DNA of 64,000 nucleotides from an uncultured Thermodesulfobacteriota bacterium. Lineage in GTDB: Bacteria > Desulfobacterota > GWC2-55-46 > JADFVP01. Of this stretch, positions 30,934-40,054 are shown piece by piece. Every line of letters starts with the position of its first letter. Positions within the stretch are counted from its first letter, which is position 1. The stretch covers positions 11,968-75,967 of the forward strand of contig CAYYJQ010000004.1 of assembly GCA_964472295.1 (NCBI GenBank), read 5' to 3'. The notes beneath the pieces are model-generated. The model was not told the DNA's origin and made no database searches. It saw nothing but the letters and a program-made list of their open reading frames with translations. A program made the position numbers and the translations under genes.

Positions 30934-31734
30934 ATGATATTTGATATTATAAGCATCTTCCCGGCCCTCTTTAAAGATCTGCCCTCTTACGGCGTCACCG
31001 GCAGGGCCGTGGAAAGGGGGCTGTTAGAGATAAGGGCACATGACCTCAGGGCCTTCACAAGTGACAGGCACCGCACCACGGACGACGCCCCATATGGCGG
31101 CGGCTCCGGCATGGTGATGAAGGTAGAGCCTGTTGCGCAGGCTCTTGAGGCCATTGGGGCCGGCGGGAGCAAAGGGGCCGGGGCCGATAGGTCAGAAGAA
31201 CTCAGTGGAATGGGGCACAACGCTTCGCGGCGGCTGACCATACTCACAACGCCGCAGGGAGCGCCCTTTACGCAGTCCATGGCCCGTGAGTTCTCGCGCC
31301 TTGATAACCTTGTAATCGTCTGCGGCAGGTATGAGGGTGTTGACGAGAGGATACGCTCTCTTGTTGACATGGAGGTCTCCATAGGGGATTATATCCTCAC
31401 AGGGGGCGAGATTCCGGCCCTTGTCATCATGGACGCCGTCAGCAGGCTCGTGACAGGCGTGCTTGGTTCTTCGGACTCAAAAGAAGACGATTCATTCTCA
31501 GGGGGGCTTAAGGGGCTACTTGAGTATCCGCAGTACACGAGGCCCCCTGAGTTCAGGGGGCAGAGGGTCCCAGAGGTCCTTCTCTCGGGCGACCACGCGA
31601 GGATAGAGAGATTCAGGAGAAAAGAGAGTTTAAGGCGTACACTGACAAAAAGGCCTGAACTCATGAAAGAGGCGGGGCTGACGGACCTTGACCGTGAGAT
31701 TCTGGAAAAATTAAAGAACGAATCAGAGGCTTGA
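30934..31734 (+). CDS. trmD: tRNA (guanine37-N1)-methyltransferase
   Basis: DDAPYGGGSGMVMK, CGRYEGVDER, SIGDYILTGGE, LEYPQYTRP; ATG at 30934. Confidence 0.97.
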   Translation: MIFDIISIFPALFKDLPSYGVTGRAVERGLLEIRAHDLRAFTSDRHRTTDDAPYGGGSGMVMKVEPVAQALEAIGAGGSKGAGADRSEELSGMGHNASRRLTILTTPQGAPFTQSMAREFSRLDNLVIVCGRYEGVDERIRSLVDMEVSIGDYILTGGEIPALVIMDAVSRLVTGVLGSSDSKEDDSFSGGLKGLLEYPQYTRPPEFRGQRVPEVLLSGDHARIERFRRKESLRRTLTKRPELMKEAGLTDLDREILEKLKNESEA

Positions 31735-31755
31735 AATAAGAGGAGGTAAGTTTCA

Positions 31756-32097
31756 ATGGGTATCATGCAGGACATAGAAAAAGACTACATACGTACTGAT
31801 CTTCCAGACTTTGGCCCGGGCGACACCGTGCATATCAAGGTGAAGATAAAGGAAGGGGCAAAGGAGAGGCTCCAGCCCTTTGAGGGAGTGGTCATAAGAA
31901 AACACTCCGCTGGCGTTCGCGGGACCTTTACCGTGAGAAAGGTATCCTATGGCATAGGTGTTGAGAGGATATTTCCCATAAACTCTCCCACCATACATTC
32001 CATAAAGGTGCTGAGGCACGGCAAGGTAAGGAGGGCGAAACTCTACTATCTCCGCGACCTCAAGGGCAAGGCCGCAAGACTCAAGGAACGTAAATAG
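31756..32097 (+). CDS. rplS: 50S ribosomal protein L19
   Basis: [37 protein letters not shown]. Confidence 0.98.
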   Translation: MGIMQDIEKDYIRTDLPDFGPGDTVHIKVKIKEGAKERLQPFEGVVIRKHSAGVRGTFTVRKVSYGIGVERIFPINSPTIHSIKVLRHGKVRRAKLYYLRDLKGKAARLKERK

Positions 32098-32195
32098 TCC
32101 TTTGTCTTTCACCAAGACTTTCCACTGGTACCTTAAAAAGCGCGATATACTCTTGTGGCACGGAAGGAATATACAACGGCGCAAAACCCGTTTGC

Positions 32196-32341
32196 TATTG
32201 GTTTTCTTTGAGGCGGTTTTTTTCTGGCAAGCCGTCTCTGTTCCTCATGCAGTCACTTGAGAAGAGATAACCATGGCCGGTCAATCAAAAGACTTTCTTT
32301 TTTCTAAAGGAAAGTGGAAGCCTCTTTTTAAAGAAAGGGCT
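32196..32341 (-). repeat. Degenerate B-module remnants between rplS and rnhB
   Basis: TATTGGTTTTCTTTG (reverse of CAAAGAAAACCAATA) and ACTTTCTTTTTTCTAAAGGAAAGT. Confidence 0.6.
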
Positions 32342-32351
32342 CTGTTTCGCT

Positions 32352-32954
32352 GTGGACACCTGGGAGTCCCGCTTAGTTGAAGAGGGTTACAGCCGCGTTG
32401 CCGGTCTTGACGAGGCAGGGCGCGGCCCCCTTGCCGGTCCCGTGGTGGCCGCGGCCATTATCCTGAGGCATCCCCTTCCAATGGACCTTGGCATCGTGGA
32501 TTCCAAGGCCATCTCCCCGGCGAGGCGCGATTCCCTTCTTCCCCTCATATACAGCCGCTCAGTCTCTGTTGGGCTTGGCATATCCTGGCACGATGAGATT
32601 GAGAGCCTGAATATACATAACGCCTCGCTCCTTGCCATGAAGCGCGCCGTGGAGCGTCTCTCTCCGTGCCCTGATTTTCTACTCATTGACGGTAAATTCA
32701 CCATAGACAACCCCTGTCTGCAGAAGGCCCTTGTGGCAGGAGAGAGCAAAAGCGTCTCCATTGCCGCGGCCTCCATAATCGCCAAGACCGCGCGTGACAG
32801 AATAATGGCGTCCTATGCAGGGCTTTTCCCAGGTTATGGCTTTGCGCGTCACAAGGGTTATGGCACAAAGTACCACAGAGAGGCGATAAAACGCCTCGGC
32901 CCCTGCCCTGTTCACAGGAAGACGTACAGAGGGGTCCTGCAGGAAAAAGAATAG
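32352..32954 (+). CDS. rnhB: Ribonuclease HII
   Basis: GLDEAGRGPLAGPVVAAA, DSK, LIDG, SIAAASIIAKTARD, HKGYGT. Confidence 0.97.
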   Translation: MDTWESRLVEEGYSRVAGLDEAGRGPLAGPVVAAAIILRHPLPMDLGIVDSKAISPARRDSLLPLIYSRSVSVGLGISWHDEIESLNIHNASLLAMKRAVERLSPCPDFLLIDGKFTIDNPCLQKALVAGESKSVSIAAASIIAKTARDRIMASYAGLFPGYGFARHKGYGTKYHREAIKRLGPCPVHRKTYRGVLQEKE

Positions 32955-33214
32955 GTTGGAACAGAGTGAAACCCATCAAAGTATCTTATGGGGTGGCACT
33001 GCCCGCCAAAAGAGATTTGGGATGGTAGGCTGGGACCAGCCAAACTTTGCCCTTCGACAGGCTCCCTTCGACAGGCTCAGGGCGAACGCTCGAAAAGGCC
33101 CGCGATCTTGATAAAACCGTTCACCCTGAGCCTGTCGAAGGGTGTACGGTTTGTACAAGGACGGGCACTGCCCACCAGAAAGTCTTGGTGGGTAGAGCTC
33201 CGGCGAAACCCAAC
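32951..33214. repeat. Nested repeat cluster: REP2/REP1 variants flanking a 25-bp inverted pair
   Basis: CCCTTCGACAGGCTCAGGGCGAACG (33064-33088) versus CGTTCACCCTGAGCCTGTCGAAGGG (33118-33142); REP1-like at 32991 and 33159; REP2-like at 32951 and 33187. Confidence 0.85.
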
Positions 33215-33227
33215 AATAAGACAGACC

Positions 33228-33596
33228 ATGGCTTCAGAAAATATAAAAAAAGGCAGAAAAGGCGAGGCCCTTGCCGAGAAGTTCCTAAAAAAAAAGGGTT
33301 ACAAGATTCTTGAGAGAAACTATCGCACAAGGTTCGGTGAGATTGATATTATAGCAAGGGAGGGGAGGACCCTTGTCTTTATCGAGGTCAAGGCAAGGAC
33401 CGATGAAGCCTTTGGCTCACCCTTTGCGGCTGTTGGGCCGAAAAAACAGTCTCACCTCACCCTTGCCGCCAATATCTACATGGAAGAACATGGCGTCGGC
33501 GATATTCCACAGAGATTCGACGTGGTAAGCGTTCTTGGAGATGGCCGGGGGGCAAGGATAGAACTGCTCAGGAATGCCTTTGACGCTGCCACATAG
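33228..33596 (+). CDS. yraN: YraN family (UPF0102) nuclease-fold protein
   Basis: G..GEALAEKFL..KGYKILERNYR..FGEIDIIA..G..LVFIEVKAR; the ORF-track extension is repeat DNA. Confidence 0.93.
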   Translation: MASENIKKGRKGEALAEKFLKKKGYKILERNYRTRFGEIDIIAREGRTLVFIEVKARTDEAFGSPFAAVGPKKQSHLTLAANIYMEEHGVGDIPQRFDVVSVLGDGRGARIELLRNAFDAAT

Positions 33597-33656
33597 AGTG
33601 GGGGGATAGTAGAATCCCCCTCTCCCCTGCTTATTGATTCTTGAGGCAGAGAACGC

Positions 33657-33872
33657 GTGAACAATACGAGCGTATTTTTCTGGGGCTTCATCTTCGGGGC
33701 CATTGGCCTTGGTTACCTCACCTACGGGGTAAGGCAGAAAAAGGCCCTTCCTCTTCTTAGCGGCGTATTATTGAGCGGTTTTTCCTATTTTGTCTCAAAC
33801 CTCATCCTCATGTTCTTTCTTGGCGGTCTTTTCATGGCCCTGCCACTGGCCGTCAAGAGACTGTGGGGATAG
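33657..33872 (+). CDS. Small membrane protein, unknown function
   Basis: FGAIGLGY..YG..QK pattern, three hydrophobic segments, GTG start. Confidence 0.65.
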   Translation: MNNTSVFFWGFIFGAIGLGYLTYGVRQKKALPLLSGVLLSGFSYFVSNLILMFFLGGLFMALPLAVKRLWG

Positions 33873-33925
33873 CCCCGGGTGGAATTGCCAGCAAGAAAAA
33901 AAAGAAAGCAGGCTAAAGAAGACCT

Positions 33926-34031
33926 TCCACTTTCTTTTGGAAAAAAGAAAGTGGAGCAAAGAAAACCAATAGAACTTGTCTGTAGAGCGGAGAAGAATTT
34001 GCAGGTTTGATAGAGCCCCGCAAAACCCAAC
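33926..34031 (+). repeat. B module with tail plus degenerate REP2
   Basis: TCCACTTTCTTTT-GG-AAAAAAGAAAGTGGA-GCAAAGAAAACCAATA; GCAGGTTTGATAGAGCCCCGCAAAACCCAAC. Confidence 0.8.
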
Positions 34032-34100
34032 TTGCAGGAAGAAACCGCGAGAGGGAAAATCAAATTCTCTCTGCACAGCCCGCAAAAAAGGAACGCTTTC

Positions 34101-34433
34101 ATGACAGAGACAAGTTCATTTGTCACATATGTGCTTGAGATTCTCGACGACTTTGGAACCGTGCGGGCAAGGGCCATGTTTGGAGGTCACGGTATCTACA
34201 GGGACGGCCTGATTTTCGCCATTGTGGTTGATGATACCCTCTATATCAAGGCCGATGACAGGAGCCGCCATTTATTTGAAGAACAGGGGCTGGCCCGTTT
34301 TTCTTACAAGAGAAGTGGCAAGGACTGCTTTATGTCCTACTACATGCCCCCTGAAGAGGCCCTTGAGGATAGGGACGAACTCTATTACTGGGCAGTAAAG
34401 GGATATGAGGCGGCTCTTCGCTCTAAAAAATAA
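34101..34433 (+). CDS. TfoX N-terminal domain protein
   Basis: RARAMFGGHGIY..G.IFAIV.DDTLYIKAD, MSYY..PEE. Confidence 0.88.
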   Translation: MTETSSFVTYVLEILDDFGTVRARAMFGGHGIYRDGLIFAIVVDDTLYIKADDRSRHLFEEQGLARFSYKRSGKDCFMSYYMPPEEALEDRDELYYWAVKGYEAALRSKK

Positions 34434-34565
34434 CCCCCGTCTTGACCCTTTTCCCTTTTTTTATCCCTTTAAAATTTTATGATTTATGCTAAAATCTCTT
34501 AAAGTTTTTCTGATAATTATTCCTTACAGTCCATGGACTTTATGAAAAGAGGAGGTTCTCTGAAT

Positions 34566-35495
34566 ATGAAAAAAAGGTCTTTTACGAGGTTCTTGTTAAT
34601 CACAATGGCCCTGTCTCTCATGACCTCTGTCCTTGTAGCGCAAGAGGCCTTTGCAGGTGGGCTTAAGAAGGTTGTCGCTGTCTCGCGCTTCGAGAACAAG
34701 ACCTCTTACGGCTCGGGCGGGGCATGGGACATTGGAAACGGCATGGCCGACCAGCTCACTGACGCCCTTACCCAGAGCGGCCAGTTCGTTGTCCTTGAGC
34801 GCCAGACCCTTGGGGACGTGATAGCGGAGCAGGACCTCGCCGCAAGCGGCAGGACCACCAAGTCCAGGAGCGCGCGCACCGGCAAGATTACAAGCGCGCA
34901 GATACTCATAAAAGGGGCGGTCACAGAGTACTCGCAGGCAAGTAGCGGAAGCGAAACAGGCGTATCTGTAATGGGAGTGCGTCTCGGTGGCGGCAAGAAA
35001 GAGGCCCATGTGGGTCTTATCATACGCCTCATCGACACAACCACAAGCGAGGTCCTTGTCTCAAAACGAGTCGAGGGCAAGGCAAAGGCAGGTAGTTTCG
35101 GTCTTGGCATAAATATAAAGGGTGTTGGCTTTGGCACAAAGGGCTTCAAGAAGACGCCCCTTGGCAAGGCCACGCAGATGGCCATTGACAGCGCTGTCGA
35201 GGCCATAGCCGAGGGCCTGAGGAACGTCCCGTACCAGGGCAGGGTAATACTCGTCAAGGGTGACAGTATTTACCTCAGCGCCGGCACGCGCACAGGGGCC
35301 TCCATAGGCGACGTCTTTACCGTGTACTCACGGGGCGAGGAACTCATTGACCCTGATACAGGCGAGATGCTTGGCTCAGAAGAAGAGAGGCTCGGACAGG
35401 TAAAGATATACAGCGTAAAGGAGAAATTCTCAAAGGCACGGCCAGTGGGCGCCCTTGAGGGTGTGGAAAAGGGCAACATTATCCGCTCGCAGTGA
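34566..35495 (+). CDS. CsgG/HfaB-family exported protein with C-terminal FlgT_C-like beta domain
   Basis: Signal peptide ending AFA, VAVSRFENKT, L...GQFVVLERQ.L..V..EQDL, GAVTEY; GGAGG RBS before ATG 34566. Confidence 0.8.
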   Translation: MKKRSFTRFLLITMALSLMTSVLVAQEAFAGGLKKVVAVSRFENKTSYGSGGAWDIGNGMADQLTDALTQSGQFVVLERQTLGDVIAEQDLAASGRTTKSRSARTGKITSAQILIKGAVTEYSQASSGSETGVSVMGVRLGGGKKEAHVGLIIRLIDTTTSEVLVSKRVEGKAKAGSFGLGINIKGVGFGTKGFKKTPLGKATQMAIDSAVEAIAEGLRNVPYQGRVILVKGDSIYLSAGTRTGASIGDVFTVYSRGEELIDPDTGEMLGSEEERLGQVKIYSVKEKFSKARPVGALEGVEKGNIIRSQ

Positions 35496-35542
35496 TTTTA
35501 TCGCAAGGCAAGGCTGAAAAAACCGAATGAGGAGTAAACGAA

Positions 35543-35734
35543 ATGACAAGGATACTCATCGCGGCCCTCTTCACGCTGGGCCTTATTACCATGTATGGCT
35601 GTGAGACAGTGAACAAGGGAGCGGAAAAGGGAGGCGAGGGCGTTGGAAAGGTCCTTCGCGTGCCAAACTCGGCCTCCGAGGGTGCGGCAGAAGGAATAAG
35701 GGGCAAGCCCGAGTCCAACCCCTATAACAGGTAG
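35543..35734 (+). CDS. Small lipoprotein
   Basis: Lipobox-like MYG-C after a hydrophobic segment; Gly-rich 63 aa; GAGGAG RBS. Confidence 0.75.
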   Translation: MTRILIAALFTLGLITMYGCETVNKGAEKGGEGVGKVLRVPNSASEGAAEGIRGKPESNPYNR

Positions 35735-35830
35735 ATTAAGAAAAAGTCCTGTAAAGCCAGACATTGCGGCGCAGTGAGACATCTATCTCCTTAATTCAGG
35801 GACGAATTAAGGAGTAGTTCCCTGAAATAA

Positions 35831-35855
35831 AAGGGGCCCTCGAAAGGGGCCCCTT
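35831..35855. terminator. GC-rich hairpin between convergent genes (possible bidirectional terminator)
   Basis: AAGGGGCCCT-CGAA-AGGGGCCCCTT with one bulge, flanked by A-rich and T-rich tracts. Confidence 0.6.
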
Positions 35856-35874
35856 GGTAATTTTTACTTTTTTC

Positions 35875-35987
35875 GTCCGGTATAATGGGCAATCTCCGGC
35901 CGCCCCTTTTTTCAACCGCACCCGCGGAACCATTTTAGCCGCGCGTAACTTATTTGTCCGGTATAATGGGCAATTTCCGGACGCCCC
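35875..35987. repeat. Two 32-bp direct repeats with hairpin potential, 49-bp spacer
   Basis: GTCCGGTATAATGGGCAATCTCCGGCCGCCCC (35875-35906) and GTCCGGTATAATGGGCAATTTCCGGACGCCCC (35956-35987). Confidence 0.85.
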
Positions 35988-36503
35988 TTACCTGAACCAT
36001 ATCTCCCCGCCCGTGCCGGTCTTGCCTCCGCTCTCAAAGGGAGATTTATCGATAATCGGCACGGGTCTCAGGGGTTTTCCCCTGTAGGTCTCATACTTTT
36101 TTGTGCCGGCCAGGGCCTTTAATTTCTGATTCTTAAGGTCCTTTAACTGCCGCACCATGAGCTCTATTGTCCTCGCGTTGTGAGTATCTTTCAGTTTATT
36201 TACAGAGGCAATCTGCTCATCTCCGTAGGTCTCAACTATACTGTAAATCTTATCATAGCGCTCCCTGCTCGGAGATTCTATCCAGCGCATTGTCCTTAGC
36301 GCGGTTATGGTATCGTCCTTTCTGCGGCGCATCTCCAGGGTTACGCTCCTCAGCGTATCGTCGCGTTCGAGATCGCGCATAAGGTACATGGACTCATCAA
36401 AAAAACCGTCCACTATGAACATGGCGCTCTTAACGCTCCCCATCTGCGCAAAGGCGGGCTGTGCAATGAGGAGTATGGAGAGGATGAGTAATTTTTTCGT
36501 CAT
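35988..36503 (-). CDS. Hypothetical exported, mostly helical protein
   Basis: MTKKLLILSILLIAQPAFA signal peptide; long ORF with no competing gene. Confidence 0.7.
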   Translation of the reverse strand: MTKKLLILSILLIAQPAFAQMGSVKSAMFIVDGFFDESMYLMRDLERDDTLRSVTLEMRRRKDDTITALRTMRWIESPSRERYDKIYSIVETYGDEQIASVNKLKDTHNARTIELMVRQLKDLKNQKLKALAGTKKYETYRGKPLRPVPIIDKSPFESGGKTGTGGEIWFR

Positions 36504-36605
36504 GAAATGAGTATATAAGAGCAATGGAGAGGTGTCAATATAAAGGACGGGCGTCTATCCATTTCATTCATTGTTATCAAGGGTTATCTGTGATAAAAAA
36601 ACCGT

Positions 36606-39257
36606 ATGACAAAAAAACAGGATAGAATCTTCATCATAGACGGCTCGTCCCTTGTCTACAGGGCCTTTCATGCCATTCCCGATACGCTTACAACCTCAAG
36701 CGGACTTCATACAAACGCTGCCTACGGCTTTACTCAATCCATTACCAAGATACTGAGGGACTACTCTCCAGAGTACATTGCCGTCTGCTTTGATATGAAG
36801 GGGCCTACCTTCAGGCACGTTGAGTTCGAGGCCTACAAGGCCGAGAGACCGCCCATGCCGGATACCCTTGCCGCCCAGTTACCTTACATAAAAAAGGTCC
36901 TCAGCGCCCTCAGGGTCCCGGTGCTTGAACAAGAGACCTTTGAGGCCGACGACCTTATCGCCACCATAACGGCCATGGCCGCCGGGAGTGCCCGGCCACT
37001 TAAGACATGCATCATTACCGGCGACAAGGACCTCTATCAACTCGTGGACAGGGGCGCCGTTATACTCGACTACCTCAAGAATGCGGAGTATGGCCCCGAA
37101 GACGTGCGGGAAAAGTTCGGCGTTTCCCCGGCGCGCCTGAGAGACCTCCTTGCCCTCGCAGGTGATAGTTCCGACAACATACCCGGCGTAAAGGGAGTCG
37201 GCGTAAAGACTGCCGTAAAACTCATCGATAGGTACGGCGACCTTGACAGCATTTACGCCAACCTTGAGAATATAAGCGCTGAAAAATTAAGGGAAAAACT
37301 GGCCTCACAGAAGGACATGGCCTATCTTTCGCGCTCTCTCGCCACCCTTCAATCAAATGTTGACCTTGACATTGGGATTGATGACCTGCGCTACCCTGGC
37401 CCTGATCTCGATTCCCTTGCAGAGGTCCTTAAGGAACTTGAGTTCAACAAGATGCTCCGCGAGGTCCTCTCCAAGGGAAAGGGCGCGAAGGACGATGAAC
37501 CCCCCGTCGAGTACCGGCAAATCAAGGACGCCAAGTCCATGGGAGATCTTATAGAGTCCCTCAGGAAGGCGGGTGAGGCCTCAATAGCCCCTGTAAAGGG
37601 CGAAGGCGGCGGGTGCGGTCTTGAGGACATCTCTTCCGTGGCCATTGCCATTGGGCCTGAAAAGGCCTGGTTCCTCTCCATATCCGATGACTTTGGACCT
37701 GTGCCATGGGCCGAGAACGGGCTTATGAAGGTCCTTGGCGATAGTGGGATAACAAAGCATACGGACTCATCAAAGGCACTCTACAGGTTCGCCATCAGAA
37801 GGGGAGGGGAGGTGCGCTCCATGGGCATGGACACAACCCTCGCGGCCTATCTCCTCAATCCCTCGAAGACAGACTACCGCGTGGAGACCCTTGTATTCGA
37901 TTACATGGGTGTCATGACAGGAGAGGGTGAAAAGAAGAAAACCGACTACCGTGACTTTTGCAAAAAGGCTTGCAATATCAGCGAATTATCATCTGAACTT
38001 GATAAAAAACTTAAGGAAGAAAATCTCTATGGGCTCTACTCATCCATGGAACTGCCCGTCTCAAGCGTCCTGGCCTCCATGGAACTTGCCGGCATAAAGG
38101 TAGAAGCAGGATTACTCCAGGCCTTTTCCGATGAACTAGGCGGGAAACTTTCCCGGATACAGGACGACGTATTCAGCGCGGCTGGCCATGAGTTCAATAT
38201 AAACTCACCGAAGCAACTCTCAGAGGTGCTCTTTACAAAACTTGGCCTCAAGCCAATAAAACGCACAAAGACGGGTTTTTCCACCAATGAGGCGGTTCTT
38301 ACGAAACTTGCCCTATCGCATGAGGTTCCGGCCCTGGTATTGAGTTACAGGGAGCTCTCCAAGCTCAGGTCAACCTATGTCGAGGGCCTTCTTGAACTAA
38401 TAAACCCCTCAACAGGGAGGATACATACCACTTTCAACCAGACCGTGACGGCTACTGGCCGCCTATCGAGTTCACGGCCCAATCTCCAGAATATTCCCCA
38501 GCGCGGCTCATACTCTGGGCGCATCCGCCAGGCCTTTGTGGCACGTGAGGGTTTTACCCTCCTCTCAGGAGACTACTCGCAGATAGAGCTCCGCCTTGTG
38601 GCCCATCTCTCTCATGATCCGGCCCTTCTCGGAGCCTTCAAAGAAGGCGCGGACGTACACAGCAGGACTGCCTCTGAACTCTTTGGATACTCCTCTACAG
38701 ACGACGTCCCTCATGAGATGAGGCGGCGTGCCAAGGCCATAAACTTCGGAATTATCTACGGAATGGGTCCCTACGGGCTCTCCAATGAACTTGGCATATC
38801 CATTGACGAGGCCCGTGAGTATATTGATAATTACTTTGCCCACTACTCGGAGGTAAAGAAGTTTATTGATAATACCGTTGAAGAGACAGAGAAGTGTGGA
38901 TATACACTTACCCTCTTTGGCAGAAGAAGATTTGTCCCCGAGCTCAGGAGTCCCATTGAACAGATACGTAACGCCGGGAAGCGCATGGCCATTAACACCC
39001 CGGTGCAGGGATCGAGCGCTGATATAATAAAGGCCGCTATGGTGCGTCTGCAGGAGGCCATAAAAAAAGGCGGTTATGAGTCGCAGATGATACTTCAGAT
39101 ACACGACGAGCTCCTCTTCGAGACCCGCCTTGGGGAACTTGATGCCCTGAGCGCCCTTGTTCGCACCGAAATGGAGGGTGTGGTGGAGCTCGACGTGCCG
39201 CTTATTGTGAACCTCAAACATGGAAAAAACTGGAACGAGGCCATGCCTCTTCCGTAA
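36606..39257 (+). CDS. polA: DNA polymerase I (3'-5' exonuclease domain looks degenerate)
   Basis: IIDGSSLVYRAFHA, TGDKD, DYSQIELR, RRAKAINFGIIYG, QIHDELLFE; no recognisable ExoI DxE. Confidence 0.98.
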   Translation: MTKKQDRIFIIDGSSLVYRAFHAIPDTLTTSSGLHTNAAYGFTQSITKILRDYSPEYIAVCFDMKGPTFRHVEFEAYKAERPPMPDTLAAQLPYIKKVLSALRVPVLEQETFEADDLIATITAMAAGSARPLKTCIITGDKDLYQLVDRGAVILDYLKNAEYGPEDVREKFGVSPARLRDLLALAGDSSDNIPGVKGVGVKTAVKLIDRYGDLDSIYANLENISAEKLREKLASQKDMAYLSRSLATLQSNVDLDIGIDDLRYPGPDLDSLAEVLKELEFNKMLREVLSKGKGAKDDEPPVEYRQIKDAKSMGDLIESLRKAGEASIAPVKGEGGGCGLEDISSVAIAIGPEKAWFLSISDDFGPVPWAENGLMKVLGDSGITKHTDSSKALYRFAIRRGGEVRSMGMDTTLAAYLLNPSKTDYRVETLVFDYMGVMTGEGEKKKTDYRDFCKKACNISELSSELDKKLKEENLYGLYSSMELPVSSVLASMELAGIKVEAGLLQAFSDELGGKLSRIQDDVFSAAGHEFNINSPKQLSEVLFTKLGLKPIKRTKTGFSTNEAVLTKLALSHEVPALVLSYRELSKLRSTYVEGLLELINPSTGRIHTTFNQTVTATGRLSSSRPNLQNIPQRGSYSGRIRQAFVAREGFTLLSGDYSQIELRLVAHLSHDPALLGAFKEGADVHSRTASELFGYSSTDDVPHEMRRRAKAINFGIIYGMGPYGLSNELGISIDEAREYIDNYFAHYSEVKKFIDNTVEETEKCGYTLTLFGRRRFVPELRSPIEQIRNAGKRMAINTPVQGSSADIIKAAMVRLQEAIKKGGYESQMILQIHDELLFETRLGELDALSALVRTEMEGVVELDVPLIVNLKHGKNWNEAMPLP

Positions 39258-39302
39258 GTTTTACATTTTGGCCCTTCTTAAGAAAAGCCCTGAGAATAAG
39301 GC

Positions 39303-39331
39303 TTGACCTCTTTATCTTATGGAGATAAAAT
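39303..39331 (+). promoter_or_regulatory. Sigma70-type promoter for the signalling operon
   Basis: TTGACC-N17-TAAAAT. Confidence 0.7.
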
Positions 39332-39444
39332 CAAAATGTCACAATTATAAAAAATGGAACCCTTCTTGTTGCCAACGGCTAATATTCCTGACTTTCAGCC
39401 TTGGGCGTCCCGAGACAGCACCTTTAAGATGAAAGTAACGTTAA

Positions 39445-40014
39445 ATGTCTGAGTCCGATAGACCATATACAACTGGCGAGGTGGCGAGTTTCTGCGATGT
39501 CACCATTAATGCCGTCAAGAAATGGATAGCCGCGGGCAAACTCCCTGCCTTCAGAACCCCTGGAGGTCATTACAGGATCGAGAGAGATGACTTCAAGAGG
39601 TTTGTCGAGACATACAAGCTCCACATAAAGGAGAGGCTATTCAAGGGAGAGAGGAAGATACTCATTGTTGATGATGAGGTCCATATAGTAGAGTTTATCA
39701 AGGACGTCTTACAGTCTTCAGGTGAGGACTATGCCGTTGAGACGGCCCGCGATGGTTACGAGGCCCTCATCAAGATCGGCGGTTTCAATCCCACTCTCCT
39801 TATCCTCGATATAATGATGCCCCGCCTCGATGGCTTCGAAGTTTGCAGGCGCATCAAGGCAGACAATGCCACAAAAGATATTCGCATCATCGCTGTTACC
39901 GCCTATGGTCGTGATGAGATGGAGAAGATCAAACAATGCGGCGCCGACCTCTGTCTTGCGAAACCCTTGACCGTAAAAGAACTTCTACTAAGCGTTAACA
40001 GGCTCCTGGGATAA
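39445..40014 (+). CDS. Response regulator: N-terminal excisionase-like (HTH_17) DNA-binding domain plus C-terminal REC
   Basis: YTTGEVASFCDVT..AVKKWIAAGKLPAFRTPGGHYRI; ILIVDD, LILDIMMP..DG, LAKP. Confidence 0.9.
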   Translation: MSESDRPYTTGEVASFCDVTINAVKKWIAAGKLPAFRTPGGHYRIERDDFKRFVETYKLHIKERLFKGERKILIVDDEVHIVEFIKDVLQSSGEDYAVETARDGYEALIKIGGFNPTLLILDIMMPRLDGFEVCRRIKADNATKDIRIIAVTAYGRDEMEKIKQCGADLCLAKPLTVKELLLSVNRLLG

Positions 40015-40054
40015 CCCCGGGCACCTCCTCAGCCCCGCTTTTTTTTAGATTACC

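Noticed and set aside
32988-33227. 80-aa N-terminal extension of YraN
   Set aside because: It is a translation of nested repeats; the family N-terminus begins at ATG 33228.
36606-39257. Inteins or introns in polA, dnaE or recG
   Set aside because: Lengths are normal, motifs are contiguous, and there are no C/S...HN-C/S/T splice signatures.
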